64,000 nt of DNA from Octopus vulgaris. Its lineage: Eukaryota. The notes below the pieces were generated by a model. That model saw nothing but the letters and a program-made list of their open reading frames with translations, searched no databases and had not been told where the DNA came from. Shown here piece after piece: positions 1 through 13,285 of the stretch; positions within the stretch are counted from its first letter, which is position 1, and each line of letters begins with the position of its first letter. A program made the translations under genes and the position numbers. The stretch is from NCBI GenBank assembly GCA_951406725.2, contig OX597817.1, positions 139,686,001-139,750,000 of the forward strand, given 5' to 3'.

Positions 1-315
1 CCGGAGTCAGTCATGAGTGAAGGAAGTAGGTGCAGATCAGGGAGGTATCGAACAATTACATTTCCCTTGTCGCTGCTTCTGTCAGCAATAAACCCCAAAT
101 TAATTTAGTACGTTCACATACCCAACGACGCTATTGTACACTAATTACCTTATCAATTATAACAGGGGACATAATCACTACATATTTAATGACGTGCTTA
201 TCTCCCCTAGTGCACTTAATTATGTCGTAAATCGTTCACGGTGAACATGTCCACTTAAAACATTCCAGTGAAACTCGGCCAAACTCCGCACATATTATAG
301 TTTAATTATAATAAA
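1..315 (+). promoter_or_regulatory. Putative SNX14 promoter / 5' UTR
   Basis: TE-free and relatively CpG-rich directly upstream of the ATG; TGACGT (CRE-like) at ~190 and GTTCAC-G-GTGAAC inverted repeat at 234-246. Positional inference only. Confidence 0.45.
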
Positions 316-416
316 ATGGCTGTCCCGTGGTATCTTATAAAATTCTATGCTCAGAACCATACGAAATTTACGTCAGCAGTCTTGGTGTTGTTTATTGCAT
401 CAATTATCTTCCACAC
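316..416 (+). CDS. SNX14: SNX14 exon 1 (MAVPWYLIKFYAQNHTKFTSAVLVLFIASIIFH; TM1)
   Basis: aaaATGG start context, hydrophobic helix, donor AC|gtaagt; phase 2 matches exon 2. Confidence 0.85.
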
Positions 417-552
417 GTAAGTACAAAACATTTTTTTGTTTTTGTTATATTTTCATTATTCAACCAAAATTACGTGTAATGAAAGCATAATTATTAATGT
501 GTCTACTTAGAATCTTCCACTGGACCAACACATCCTACACATACACACGCCC

Positions 553-611
<59 letters not shown>

Positions 612-1869
612 TCCATACGTTTGTTGTTTACAAGTGTTTTCTGTTTCCAGAAATTCCGCAATTTATGTATTTCTGCTTAATAATGCTCGATTTTACAATT
701 ACTATATTTTACCTAGTTGTTATATGTCTTATATATAAAGGTATTTATAGAAAATCTAATTACGTTGCGTCAGTTTTGTATGTGGGGGGCGTCATTATTG
801 TTAATTGATTATGTGCGTGCAATTAAAACAAATAAGAGTTCGAAAGATGGGTTGACAACGAGAGATAGGCTGTAATATTTGTTTATTAGATTTTCTTGAC
901 GAGAATTAAGGAAATTCGTGGCAAATATGTTGTTCTTTGAATTATTCTACTTCATTGGTTGGTGAAATAATTGCTGTAGTTCTTGGGCGCTGAATTAAGA
1001 AAAAGTAATTGTGTTTGGAAGATATTTAAAAGGGGAAATGCTATGGGTAACTACAAAATCAAGGAGTGGGTTTACATAGGGGAAGTAGTCAGTGAGTAGG
1101 TTTAAAGGAGCAGTGACTATTGTAGTAGCAGTATAAATGGCAAAGAGGAATACAAAGATCGAAAGTGATTCACTATTCTGCAGAATGTTGCTCGTTAAAG
1201 GTCGGCCTCTCAGTCTACGTAAGGTTTTCTATGTAAAGTGATCTCGACTGTATTTTCAGCGTGTATAACTGGGGTACAATTTTAGTGTTTTCTTTGTATT
1301 AAATGCTGTGTTTTTAGATGCTCAGAGCTGAAATATTTTCTGATTTCAGAAAGAAAAGCCAACGTTTGCGAAGAAGTTTTCACTTCGCGACGAATATGTT
1401 GTTTTAGTGAGAGGATTTTTTTTTTGCGATGGTTTTAATTGTGGTTTTCGGGTTGTGAAGAAAAGCTCCACCGGTTGATGATGTGATAGTGACTAAATCT
1501 TGGCCATTTGTTTTGGACAGAACTAACAGAATATGTTTGTAGAGATGACTGTATTTAGACAAACAGGGGAAGTTTTCCTAATGTCAAGGGCAACAACTGT
1601 GCTTTCACCAAAATGTTCAAGGGCAGACTTCGTTTTCCTATAATGTACGGCTTCCACGAGATATGTTTGTAGTTTTGGAAATTTTATATCTGTCTGTTAT
1701 TGTCATGTTAATGAATAACAGTAAAACTGTGATTTAACAAATGTCCTTTGGTTATTTATACTGGTCTGTAGAGGACCTGCTTGTCATTTATTATAAAACA
1801 TGGGTCAAACAGCTCTGTTTGTGAGAACTCAGTTTGAAATATTTCTGTGGTTAGTTATTGACTTCTTGA

Positions 1870-3916
1870 AGTTATAGATTACAGCAAAAGCAACTTCAGA
1901 CTCAGGGCTAGAAGGCTGCCAAGATGACAACCAGTGTGGAAAAACGAGGTCTGGAAGCTCAAGGATCCTCTGAATAGTCAGAGATTTAGAGATGTGTTAC
2001 TTGAAGCACTTGACGAGAACAACTGGAGGTTCCTATGGGACAACCTGTCGAAGGCCACTGGCCAAATGTGTGGCTAGTGGAAGTCTCCTCTCCCTAAGGT
2101 GATATGCTGGTGCAACAGTATAGTTGACAGAGCCATTAGAGAAAAGAAACAGGGCTGGAAGGACTTGAAGTGTGGTGATAGCAGGGAACTATAACAGATA
2201 GCCAGAAGGGAGGCTGAGAGACAGGTATTCTTAACCAGAAGGGAAACAGAAAAGTGGAAGTTTGTCAGTATTCTGTAGCATGATGACAAGGGGATTGAAG
2301 TGTTTCAGATGCCAAGACTTTGTATGAGAGAAGATCATGATGTTAGCCTAAATGAGATGCAGTTTGGTTTTGTGCCTGAGAGAAGCATGACTGATGCTAT
2401 ATTCTTGGTAAGGTGACTGCAGAAGGAGTATTTAGCCCCAAATAAACCTCTGTACTTGGCTTTTGTTGATGTGAAGAAAGTCTTTGACGAGGTCCACAAC
2501 ACCCTTATCTGGTGGGCAAGGGATAGATGAGTGGTCAATGAGAACTATACAAGCCATGTAGAGGGATGCTGCCAGTAAGGTAAAGGTTGGCAACGAGTAT
2601 AGCAATGAATTCAATGTACAGGTAGGAATTCACCAAGGATCAGTTCTCAGCCCCATCATATTTATTTTAGTCCTCCAGGCCATAACAGAGGAATTCAAGA
2701 CTGGCTGCTTCATGCAAGCTCCTCTACTGATGACCTTGTTCTTGTAGCTGAATTACTACTTGACCTAGAGAAGAAATTTCAGGTGTGGAAGTAAGGCCTG
2801 GACTCTAAGGGCCTTAGAGTTAATTTAACAAAATCCAAAGTCCTAGTAAGTAGGAAAACAAACAAATCACAAGTATCTTCAGGGAGATGGCCCTGCTCAA
2901 TATGTAAGAAGGGTGTTGGTGAAAACTCTGTATGTTGTACCCAGTGCAAGCTTTGGACACATAAGAAGTGTAGCAGTATCACAGGTAGGTTAATGGAGAA
3001 AATAGTCTTTGTGTGTGGCAAATGTGTAGGTACAATAAGCACTAAAAATGCACAGACAATAGACTCCCTCAAATGTCTGAGGGGATCCTTAGAAGTAGTA
3101 GATAGCTTCTGTTAGCAGTGGAGAAGGAAATTCTGAAAGTGTAATTGCTAGAATAAGAATGGGCTGGGCAGAGAGCTTCTACCTTTGTTGGTAACTAAAG
3201 GCCTGTCCCTCAGAGTTAAAGGCAGATTGTAAGATGTCTGTGTGTATGTACAGCTATGTTACATGGCAGTAAAATATGGGCTATGACTAGGGAGGACATG
3301 TGAAGGCTTGAAAGAAATGAAGCTAAGCATGCTCTGCTGGATGGGTAATGTCAGTGTGTGTGTGCATGAGAGAATGTGAATGATTTTCAGAGGAAAACTG
3401 GGTGTAAGGGGTATCAGATGTTGTGTGCAAGAGAGAAGATTGCACTGGTTTGGTCATGTGATGTGTATGGATGAGGATAGCTGCATAAAGAAGTACTGAG
3501 CTCTAATTGTGGATGGGTTAGACCCACGAAGGGGTGAGAAAGGATCTTCATATGCAGGGCCTCACTGAGGAAATGACAAGGGATTTGGACTTATGGTGAT
3601 TTCTGTACTTAAGAAGACACATTAGACTAAGTAAAATCATGGCCATCCCTACATACTGGCATGTCCGTGGGCTCCCTCACTCCCTCTCTCAGCTGAGAGG
3701 TCTTTGTCTTGCAGGTGCCGGTGCTACGTAAGATGCACTCATGCTAGTAGCATGTGAAAGGCACCCAGTACACTCTGTAAAGTATGAAGGGTGTTAGGAA
3801 AGGGCATCAAGCCATAGGAACGATGCCAAAACAGACAATTGGAGCCCGATGCTGCTCTGTGGCTGGCCAGCTTTTGCCACTGTCCAGCCCATGCCAGTAT
3901 GGAAAACGGATGTTAA
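1870..3916 (+). mobile_element. Degenerate RTE-clade LINE (linker, RT with PHD-like insert, 3' UTR)
   Basis: Frameshifted RT motifs (QFGFVP, AFVDVKKVFD, VGIHQGSVLSP, TDDL), KVWKLKDP-like linker, 3' tail GTTAGGAAAGGGCATC...CCATGCCAGTATGGAAAACGGATGTTAA. Confidence 0.9.
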
Positions 3917-3966
3917 TGTCACACTTCAGAAGAATTTACTGCCATTAATTGGAATGAATCCTCCTA

Positions 3967-4263
3967 TCATCATCATCATCATCATTTAACGTCCGTTTTC
4001 CATGCTGGCATGGGTTGGACGGTTCAACTGGGGTCTGGAAGCCATGGAGGCTGCACCAGGCTCTAGTCTGATTTGGCAGTGTTTCTACAGCTGGATGCCC
4101 TTCCGAACGCCAACCACTCCGTGAGTGTAGTGGGTTCCTTTTACATGCCACCAGCACAGGGGCCAGAGCAGGCTGGGAAATGGCCACGATCGGTTGGTGC
4201 TTTTACGTGTCACCGACACGGACGCCAGTCAGGCAGCGGCCACATTCGGACGGTGCTTTTTAT
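3967..4263 (-). mobile_element. RTE LINE 3' tail (5'-truncated), tail-to-tail with preceding LINE
   Basis: Reverse complement of the 3' UTR attached to the RTE ORF end at 24411-25270; (CAT)n tail. Confidence 0.88.
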
Positions 4264-4667
4264 GTTAAAGAGTAATTAATGCAAAGGTCTCTAATAAATT
4301 CATTATCCAGTTTCAAAGATATTTCAGATGTATGAAGCCAGATAAGGCTGATAAAATTTATGCAGTTTGTTACTATGGTATTACGAGGGCAAAATATTTT
4401 GTTGAATCTGAAATTTATTTGCAGCAAAAATCTTAGCAAACAAACAAGACTTTATTAAAACAATTCTCTGACAACATGTTAATAACAAATCTTGTGTCTT
4501 GGGAGGGTCATTGTACCAATAATAAACACATGCACTGGTTTGGCTAACAATGAAGAAGTAATATTGAACCAGTGCATGTTTCTTATTGTTATTGGTGTAA
4601 TAACCTTTCCAATATATAAGAAGATTTACATATATCTAGATATGGTAAATTTCCTCCACCATTTCTA

Positions 4668-5903
4668 TCAGGTTGAGTAAAAAGTAAGCAGCGTTTAGAA
4701 TCATGAAGAATTTGCACCAGACTTTTGTAGAATTTTGAATATTTTATAAACATGTTTTTACAGTTGTCTGATAATACAGACATAGACTTGCCCAAATTCA
4801 TCAATAAATTAACATTGATATTTCTTTCAACATTGTTACAATCATCTGGAATGGAACTGTCAAAGCGCAATATTCAAGCAATTTCACTATTTAACTTCAA
4901 AAAAGGACGTAAAGCAGCTGAAACTGCTCATGATATCAACGAAAAGTTTGGTGAGGAAATGACCAGTGAGTGGTCAGCTTGAAAATAGTTTAAACAATTT
5001 CACAGTAGAGACCTGAGCCTGTCATCAATGATGGTCAATTAAAGACTGTCATTGAGAAAGATCCATGTAAAACCACTTGAGAACTGGCAAAAGAACTTCA
5101 AATTAACCAGAAAACTGCATGCAACCATTTGCAAGCGATCAGAAAATCAAAAAGTGCTCGACAAATGGGTACCACACAATTTGAATGAAAATCAGAAAAT
5201 GCGCAGATATGAAATTTGCTTGACACTTCTCCGTAACCAGACCGATCCATTTCTTGGCCATATTGTAACTTATGAAGAAAAGTGGATTCTGTACAATAAT
5301 GAAAAACATTCTTTGCAGTGGTTGGATCAAAATGAAGCACTGAAAAACCTTCCCTAAACCTGAGCTCTTCACAAAGAAGGTTATGGTGAATGTTTGGTGG
5401 TGTACTGCTGGACTCATCCACTATAACTTCTTAAAACCCTGAAAAACCATAACTGCAAAAATATATTGCCCTGAAATTGCCAAAATGAACAAAAAACTGC
5501 TACTCCTCTGTCCCAGACTGGTCAACAGAAGAGGGCAAATCATTCATCATGACAATGCTCAACCACACATTTCACTAATGACGCTCCAGAATTTGTGGGA
5601 ATTTGGCTATGAAGTTCTTCCCCATCCAGCTTCTTCCCCAGACCTTTCTACTACTGACTACCACTTTTAAAAGTTTCCTGCGAGAGAAGTTCAAAAATCA
5701 AACTGATGCTGAAAGTACATTCAAAGAGTTCACCAGCTCCAAAACCCCAGATTTTTATGTTACCAGAATAAACTTGTAACTCGTTGGCAAAAATCTGTTG
5801 ATTGTAATAGTACTTACTTTGATGAATAAAATTTCCACATTGTTGAAATTTATTGTGATGAATATCTTGTTTCAAAACGTTGCTTATTTTTTACTCAGCC
5901 TGA
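4668..5903 (+). mobile_element. Full-length mariner transposon, transposase pseudogene
   Basis: TIRs TCAGGTTGAGTAAAAAGTAAGCA / TGCTTATTTTTTACTCAGCCTGA with TA on both sides; ~1.24 kb; disrupted ORF from 4850 with WVPHNL, IVTYEEKWILY, HHDNAQPH, HPASSPDLSTTDY motifs. Confidence 0.95.
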
Positions 5904-6335
5904 TAGAATGGGTTAGCAGAGATAAGGTTTCTTTCTTTTTCTTTTTTTTTCACCAAGACAGACATGGTTCATGTTTTCACAAAAGATTAGAAATGAGGCT
6001 TGTATGTGTGTACCAGTTACGATAAATTAAGTACCAGTTACGCACTGGGGTCGATGTAATCGACTTAATCCATTTGTCTGTCCTTGTTTGTCCCTTCTAT
6101 GTTTAGCCCCTTGTGGTTAATAAAGAAACACATATTGGTAATACCTGATGATAGACTCTGTTATAGAATTCCCCAGAATGTTTGATCGTTCAGTTAATAT
6201 TTTCTGAAAGACCTCATTGAAGAGAAACTCTATAACAATGAAAAAGTGATTACTGATTGTTTCCAAATAATAACATTATTGTTATAAATGATATATTATT
6301 AATTATTTATTATTATTATTATTCTTATTCTTCAG

Positions 6336-6404
6336 TTACATTCATCTATTTCTGTTGGTGTGGTCATTTATATTTGGCATTGTTGTTGCCTACTTCATCT
6401 TAAG
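6336..6404 (+). CDS. SNX14: SNX14 exon 2 (YIHLFLLVWSFIFGIVVAYFIL; TM2)
   Basis: ttcttcag acceptor, AG|gtaagt donor; resembles human YIHILMIFWSFVAGVV. Confidence 0.93.
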
Positions 6405-7199
6405 GTAAGTCTACCTTATCTGTCGTCAGTAACAGACCGGTAATGATAACTCAATGAAGAACATTTGCTAAAATATTAACAAATAACAGTTGTATTTATC
6501 AAATATATATAAAATCCTGTACATGTATGTGTGAATCTGTATCTCATCTCATCATTGTTTAAAGTGCCTCTTCCATGTTGGGTTGGATGATTAGACAGGG
6601 TTCAATGGGTTTAAGGTCTACATCCTGTTCCAGTGTCTGCTTTGGTATGGGTTCTGTGGCTGGATGCCCTTCCTAAAAACCAACCAATTTACAGAGTGGA
6701 CTGGTTGCTTTTCTTGTACCACTAGCACCAATGAGGTCACCATGCAGCTTGCAAACATATGAAATCCAAAGGGAGGGGCAGGTGACAGAAGGAAGTGGGG
6801 CAAGAACAGGTTCTTGTTGCAGGGCTGCTACGTGGCTATTTTGTGATGAGAGTGAGAACTGAATTAGGAGGAGCTGTGAAGTGATAAATAATGGTGATGA
6901 GGTGACCCAAAGGCCCTTCCACAATCAAAGTGGGTAGAAGTGAATGTGTCTCCATGTCTGTAACAAAATATTGAACGCATTTAATTCAACCAGTTCTTAA
7001 AACAGGACGTCTTCAGAAGTCTATAGACAATGGTTTTATTTCTCAAACTAAAAGAAAAAAGATTCACGTAATCTCTTTCTTTCCGGATGCATCTATTACA
7101 CTGTCTTACTATGGACAGGAGATCTTACTATTTAGCCTTGAGGTAACTGGTGTTAAGTTCACAAACACCTTCACTCTGAAGGACATGGCAGTATTGGTC

Positions 7200-7690
7200 C
7201 TTAAATTTGAGTACACATAGTATTGAACCCTTACTCCTCAAATTGTCAACTCAAACCATCAACTGGTTCAACACTTGACCCATGTCTGAGTTTACTGGGC
7301 TCCAATCTGTTACAAACTTTCCACCTTCTCCTCTTTGCTTTTCTACTGCTGCCACAGGAATCGCTGTTCCTTTTCTTTCATTCTCTCCTCTCTTCACCCT
7401 TATTGTATACACGCCATGCTACCCCACCCTTCCACTAACCCCATTATTCAGTTTTTCCCACTGAGTTCTCTGGAATTCCCTCCCTGCACATGTTTCACCT
7501 TCAGCTGTTGACTTGCAGTTTTTCAAGAGGACCATTAACCATATTGAGAGCCTTAAAGACTGTTAATGCAGACCGTTACTCCATTTAAAGCCCCCACCCC
7601 CACTCCAAAGAAAGGGGGTAACATTCAGTTTAGGTGTTTGGTTTGAGGATTCCCTCCAATTTTCGCCCTTGCAGGATCCATGTAAAATGG
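7200..7690 (+). mobile_element. Old CR1/L2-group LINE 3' fragment
   Basis: Degenerate C-terminal motif FFP...LWNSLPAHV...DLQFFKRTIN at ~7455-7545. Confidence 0.45.
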
Positions 7691-8749
7691 ATCATGACAC
7701 TGTTATTTGCTTCCTTAAACCATTTAAAACTTTCACTTGAGTGTTTTTTAATGTGTTGCTGTAATTAACCTTCATAGAGTCACAAAACTTTCTGAATTCT
7801 TACCCCTAGGTGCTTCGTACCGTTGCCCTTCTGCTTTTCTTCTGAAATACCATTCCAATGAGAGTCTTGATGGCCTTGAACTTTCTGTTCCTGTTGTTCC
7901 TCTCCTTCAGAGTCCTTCTATCTGATATCATATTGATGTGAAAAATTTAACAAATATAGTGGAGAGGTTGGCAATAACAAGTGAATCTATCTACAAAACA
8001 TCTCTTCCAACAATCCATGTAAAATTGAGCCAATTAGTTGCCCGACTCCTGTAATGTAGCAACCCAACGAGTTCAATTCTACTGTGTGGTGTCTTGGTCA
8101 AATGTCTTTTGTCATTGCCTTAGTTTGACTCCAATTTTGGGAATGGGATTTGGTTGATAGAAGAATTTCGTCAATAGAAACTGTGGAAGAGCAGTTACAG
8201 AGTGTTACTGTGATTAGATGTAAAACTTAATCCATTACCTGGCTTAACATTTTCATCTGGTCCCTGGGTGTCTCCCAGAAGAGTACGCCCTATTGGAAGT
8301 AGTTAGTACAAGTCACCGGTCTGAGATTATCAAGGTCTTTCTCTCTTTTGTTTACCAGTAGTGAAGGCCCTGCAACAACAGAATCTTTGGACAATATATC
8401 CATAATAATGATAATAATAATAATAAAGCTGTGTCTACTAAATCTTGTGGCAGCTAAGGGCGAAAATTTGTTCTAGTTCAGCATGAAATAGATGACAGAT
8501 AAAATTTTTGGAATAGGATGGTGGTTTAACTTGTATAATATTAATATTTTCCCAAATTCTGTATTTGTCCCCTGATTGAAGCATGTAGAATTAAGCTTAG
8601 GATCTGCATAGATAACAAAACAAGTGAATTTGAACCCAACACTTCTCTTCTGACAATAAAGGGGATGATGGCTCCAATAACGGAGTAATTTCTATAGCCC
8701 TGTCTCAGACTATTCAGCAACAACAACAACACCAACAATTAATATAAAA

Positions 8750-9865
8750 TGTAAAGACCCTCCTGGCATTCATTGATCTGGAGAAAGCTTTTGACAGGTC
8801 ACCAGCACTCTCTCTCTCTCACTTGGTGGTTATCGAGAGTGCTAGGAGTTGATGAATGCCTTGTGGGAGATGGTCAAGCTGTGTGCAAGGAGGAGTTAAC
8901 AAGGGTTCGGTTCTCTGTCCTGTCTGTATGACCTTCAGGTCATAACAAAAGAGTTTAAGACTGGTTGCCCATGGCAACTCGTCTCTGCTGATAATCTTGT
9001 TCTTGGATCAGTGCAGTCTGTTTACAGAAAAATTGAACATAACAGGTATTAGATGTAGTGTGTAAGGAAGACGACTCTGCTAGTAAGACATGTGATACAT
9101 ATGGATGCGGAGAGCTGACTGAAGAAGCGCCGCTTACTAACGGTAGATGGCACCTGTAGAAGAGGGAGACCAAGGAAGACACAGGACGTAGAAGTAAAGA
9201 CTGATCTGTGACCTACATCAACTGAGTTTGATGGAAGGGACAAGAAAGAACCAAAATGGTTGGTGATTCATTGGGATTATGCAGCTCCATCATTCTCAAC
9301 AAAACTAAGGTCCTAAAATCATATTATAGCTCTGCCCCTGCTTCCATCTGTTGTTCTCAAGCTTTCCCTACATCTCTTTAACACTCACTTCACCATCACA
9401 CTTCTAACTGTAGCGCTTTTCATTCATTTCACACCCTCAAAAACTTACCTACCCATCCACCCTTCCTAATCTTCTGTTCCTATTCTCTCTTTCATAATCC
9501 CCCTTCTTGTATATTGAGGGCACACCCTGACACCCCATCACTGCCATCGCTCTTTCCATCTGGGGCTGCATCTTCTCTATAGCCAGACACCTGTCCCTCT
9601 ATAATACTTTAGCTTCTCTGCTACACCTTCCACTCAGTTAAGGGAATTTCCCTTTTAAATTACTTGAAGATCTCATAAGTGCTGGTGCCACATAAAACTC
9701 ACACTGTACACTCTGTAGAATGGTTGGTGCTAGGAAGGTGATCCAATTGCAGAAACCATGTCAAGGCAGACACTGGAGCTTGATGCCGCTCTCTGGCTTG
9801 TTTGATTTTGTCCAACCATCTGACCCATGCCAGCATGGAAGTTGGATGTTAAATGAGGATGATCA
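8750..9865 (+). mobile_element. Highly degraded RTE LINE with 3' tail
   Basis: LAFIDLEKAFDR, EFKTGCPWQL, GTCRRGRPRKT remnants and RTE tail at ~9680-9865. Confidence 0.75.
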
Positions 9866-10046
9866 TAATATAAAAAAAACAAAAAAAAAAACAACAAAAA
9901 AACAAAAGGAATTTTTAAGATAAATTATTTAAATCTGATTTGGACTTTGATTGTAGAATTTTTGTCTAAATTCTTTAATGGTTTCAATAATTTCTGTTTT
10001 CTTGTTATCCTTCATTAAAGATTATTTTCTTTCTACTTTCTGACAG

Positions 10047-10098
10047 TAAGGACTCCCTGCTCCCTAATTTATTGTTTATGTACAATCGGAAAATAGTC
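10047..10098 (+). CDS. SNX14: SNX14 exon 3 (SKDSLLPNLLFMYNRKIV)
   Basis: Pyrimidine tract + gacag, donor gtaagt; DSLLPN motif. Confidence 0.93.
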
Positions 10099-10419
10099 GT
10101 AAGTATAAATAAACGCTTATAAAATGCATGAATAATTTCTAATTTCTTTGCTGTCTCTGTGTTTGTATTTTGGTAACTTTGGTATAAAATCTCATTAAAG
10201 TAAAATAAAAAATGAAAAAGAAAAACCCCAGAAATGCAGAAAATTATTCAAATTATGTACAAAGTTTACTATATTAAATTATTAGTATGCTTTGGTAAAA
10301 ACATGTGACCTAGTGGTTAGGCTGTTGGGCTCGCAATTGTCAGATCATGGGTTCAGTTTCTGGACTAGGTGGCATGTTGTATTCTTGAGCAAAATACTTT
10401 ATTTCACATTGCTCTAGTA

Positions 10420-11916
10420 CTGTGTGGGGGACTGGCATGTCAGAGAACAGACTCAGTGTTTCCTCTGTGTCCCCTGAACCTTTGCCAACAATGAGTGCCC
10501 AAACAGATCCATGGGTTGGAAGGTTGTCACCTGAATGGTGCAAAGGTGTCATCTGCTTCTTCTGATGCTTCTTATGTCCAGCATTTCTCTCAGGTTGCTT
10601 ACACTATGTTGTGTGTGCACACTGACATTACACATCCAGCGGATCATGCTAGCTTCATTTCTTTCAAGTCTATGCATGTCCTCTGCAGTCACAACCCATG
10701 TTTCACTACCGTGAAGCATGGCAGTTCGTACACATGCATTGTACAATCTACCTTTCATTCTGAGCGAGAGACACTTTGTCACCAGTAGGGATAGGAGCTT
10801 TCTAAACTTTGCCCAGGTTATTCTTATTCTAGTGGTAACACTCTCTGAGCATCCAGCCCCACCACTAACTTGGTCACGTAGGTAGCGGAAACTATCAACT
10901 ACTTCTAGTTTCTCCCCCAGGAGTGTAATGGAATCTGTTTTCTGAGTATCAATGGTGTCTATTGGCCCTGTGCATCTGCCACACACAAAAGTTATCTTCT
11001 CGGTTAATTTTCCTTTGATGTTGCTGCACTTCTTATGTGTCCATAGCTTACACTAGGTACATCTTATGGAGTTTCTACCTACACCTTTTCTACAGATCGA
11101 GCAGGGCCACCTACCTGGTGTGTTTGCCTTCCTACTTACTATAACTTTGGTCTTTGCTACATTGTCTCTAAGGCCTTTTGATTCTAAACCTAGCTTTCAT
11201 ACCCAAAATTTCTTTTCTAGTTCCGGTAGGGATTCTGCTATGAGGGCCAGGTCATCAGCATAGAGGAGCTCCCAGGGGCAATCCGTCTTGAATTCCTCTG
11301 TTATTGCCTGGAGGACTATGATGAATAGAAGGGGACTGAAGGCTGAACCTTGGTGGACCCCTACTTCTACCCGGAATTCTTCACTATACTCATTGCCAAT
11401 CCTAACCTTGCTAATGGCCTCTCTGTATAGTGCCTGTACAGCCCTTATTAACCATTCGTTAATCTCCAGTTTCTGCGTTGCCCACCAGATAAGGTATTTG
11501 GGGACCCTGTCAAAGGCTTTCTCCAAGTCCACGAAAGCTATGTAGAGGGGTTTATCTTTAGCTAGGTATTTCTCCTGCAGTTGTTGAACCAGGAATATGG
11601 CATCAGTGGTGCTTCTACCCGGCACAAAACCGAACATCATCTCATCTCTCATCTAAGCAGACTCTCTCCCTAATGAGATGGGCTACGACCCTCTCTGTGA
11701 CCTTCATCATCTGATCCAACAGTTTAATACCCCTGTAGTTATTTCTATTTAGAGTATCACCTTTACTTTTGTAGCAGTTGACTATGGTGCTGCTATGCCA
11801 GTCATTGGGTATGACTCCATTATGAACTAGCTGGTTTACAATGTGGGTGACTAGGCCATAGCCCATACTACCAGATGTTTTAAGCATCTCAGCAGTGATT
11901 CCTGATGGGCCGGGGG

Positions 11917-11917
<1 letters not shown>
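10420..11917 (-). mobile_element. RTE LINE RT fragment (with PHD-like insert)
   Basis: ORFs 11642-11887, 11197-11652 and 10549-10986: NYRGIKLL, FGFVPGRSTTDAIF, FVDLEKAFDRVP, GVHQGSAFSP, LLYADDL. Confidence 0.95.
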
Positions 11918-11957
<40 letters not shown>

Positions 11958-12127
11958 CTGTGTAGTAAGAAGCTTGCTTTCCAATTAAATTTTCTTTTTT
12001 TCTTTTTTTTTTCTCAAAGAAATCAGTTGATAAATTCTGTTTTTTTTATTTCTAGATTTTTTTTTCATTTTTGTGGATTTGAAAATTTTAATAAAAATTA
12101 GAAATAATTTCAACTTTAATTTTACAG

Positions 12128-12201
12128 AAAGAAGAAGAAGAACTGTCTTTAATGAAAACTATGTGTAGTGTTTGTGGACAAAGAAAATGTCCTCGTCACA
12201 G
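12128..12201 (+). CDS. SNX14: SNX14 exon 4 (KEEEELSLMKTMCSVCGQRKCPRH)
   Basis: tttacag acceptor, AG|gtaata donor; conserved Cys/His motif. Confidence 0.94.
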
Positions 12202-12394
12202 GTAATATACATATATTTCATTCTATTACCTTCTGTGTTTGGTTAGTTTGGGGAACTCATATCTTTTTCAAATACTTTTTTAATTGATTTAGACTGTTTA
12301 TACTGGAGCATAGACTTGATGGGATTTAGTTGATCATATTGACTTTAGTACTTGTATTTATTTTTGTTTCAATGTTTTTGTCTAATTATTTAAT

Positions 12395-13125
12395 TAAAAG
12401 AATTCAAGTTGTGAAAGTCATGGAGAGAGTGTCATAGCACGATTGATCCATGTTAGGATTGACCTAGATGAGTTGCAACTTGGCTTTGTGCCTGGAAGAG
12501 GTGCCACAGATGAGGGTGGCGAATTGGCAGAAACGTTAGCATGCCGGGCGAAATGCTTAGAGGTATTTTGTCTGCCGTTATGTTGTGTGTTCAAATTCCG
12601 CCGAGGTTGACTTTGCCTTTCATCCTTTCGGGGTTGATAAATTAAGTACCAGTTACGCGCTGGGGTTGATGTAATCGACTTAATACCTATGTCTGTCCTT
12701 GTTTGTCCCCTCTATGTTTAGCCCCCTGTGGGTAATAAAGAAATAGGTACTACAGATGTAAGCTTTCTTGTGAGGCAGCTGCAGGAGAAATACTTGCCTA
12801 AGAATAAATCACTATTCCTGGCTTTCATTGACTTGGAGGTGTTTGACTCCTGTCAAATGCTGCTCTTCTCAATAATTTGGAGATCCTTAAGGAAGCTTAG
12901 GTGTAGATGAATAATGGCTTGTGAGAGATGTAGGAGTTATGTACAAAGATACAGTCAGTCAATAATGAGAATCAGTTGTTGCGTCATTGTCATCATCATC
13001 GTAGTCCCTTGCTGGCCATCACAGAAGAGTTTAAGACTGGCTGTCCATAGGAATTCCTATTTGCTGATGAATGAATTTTGATGGCTGAATCTATAGGGAA
13101 ATAAGACAAGAAATTCTTGCAGTAG
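12395..13125 (+). mobile_element. Degraded RTE RT fragment interrupted by a SINE
   Basis: LQLGFVPGRG before 12512, then VRQLQEKYL, AFIDLE and EEFKTGCP after 12746. Confidence 0.75.
12512..12746 (+). mobile_element. tRNA-derived SINE, family A (Meta-like central domain)
   Basis: A-box TGGCAGAAACGTT, B-box GTTCAAATTCC, core GACTTTGCCTTTCATCCTTTCGGGGTCGATAAATTAAGTACCAG (resembles the MetaSINE domain as I recall it). Other copies near 6013, 13972, 14245, 18100, 18290, 35988, 36435/36713, 36892, 41911(-), 57960(-), 63421(-). Confidence 0.85.
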
Positions 13126-13285
13126 AGGGTACTACTGACTATTTCCCTCTACCAAAATGTCATACACATTGATTATTATTTATGTGAATCATTCAGTCAG
13201 AAAGGTAGGTAGTGCTAATAACTCCCTTAACAGAACTTCCAAGACTATTGGGTGGGGAGGTAAAGTCAAACCAATCACCTCAACA

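Noticed and set aside
30-230. 66-aa ORF upstream of SNX14
   Set aside because: Non-ATG start, no recognisable motif, lies in the presumed promoter/UTR.
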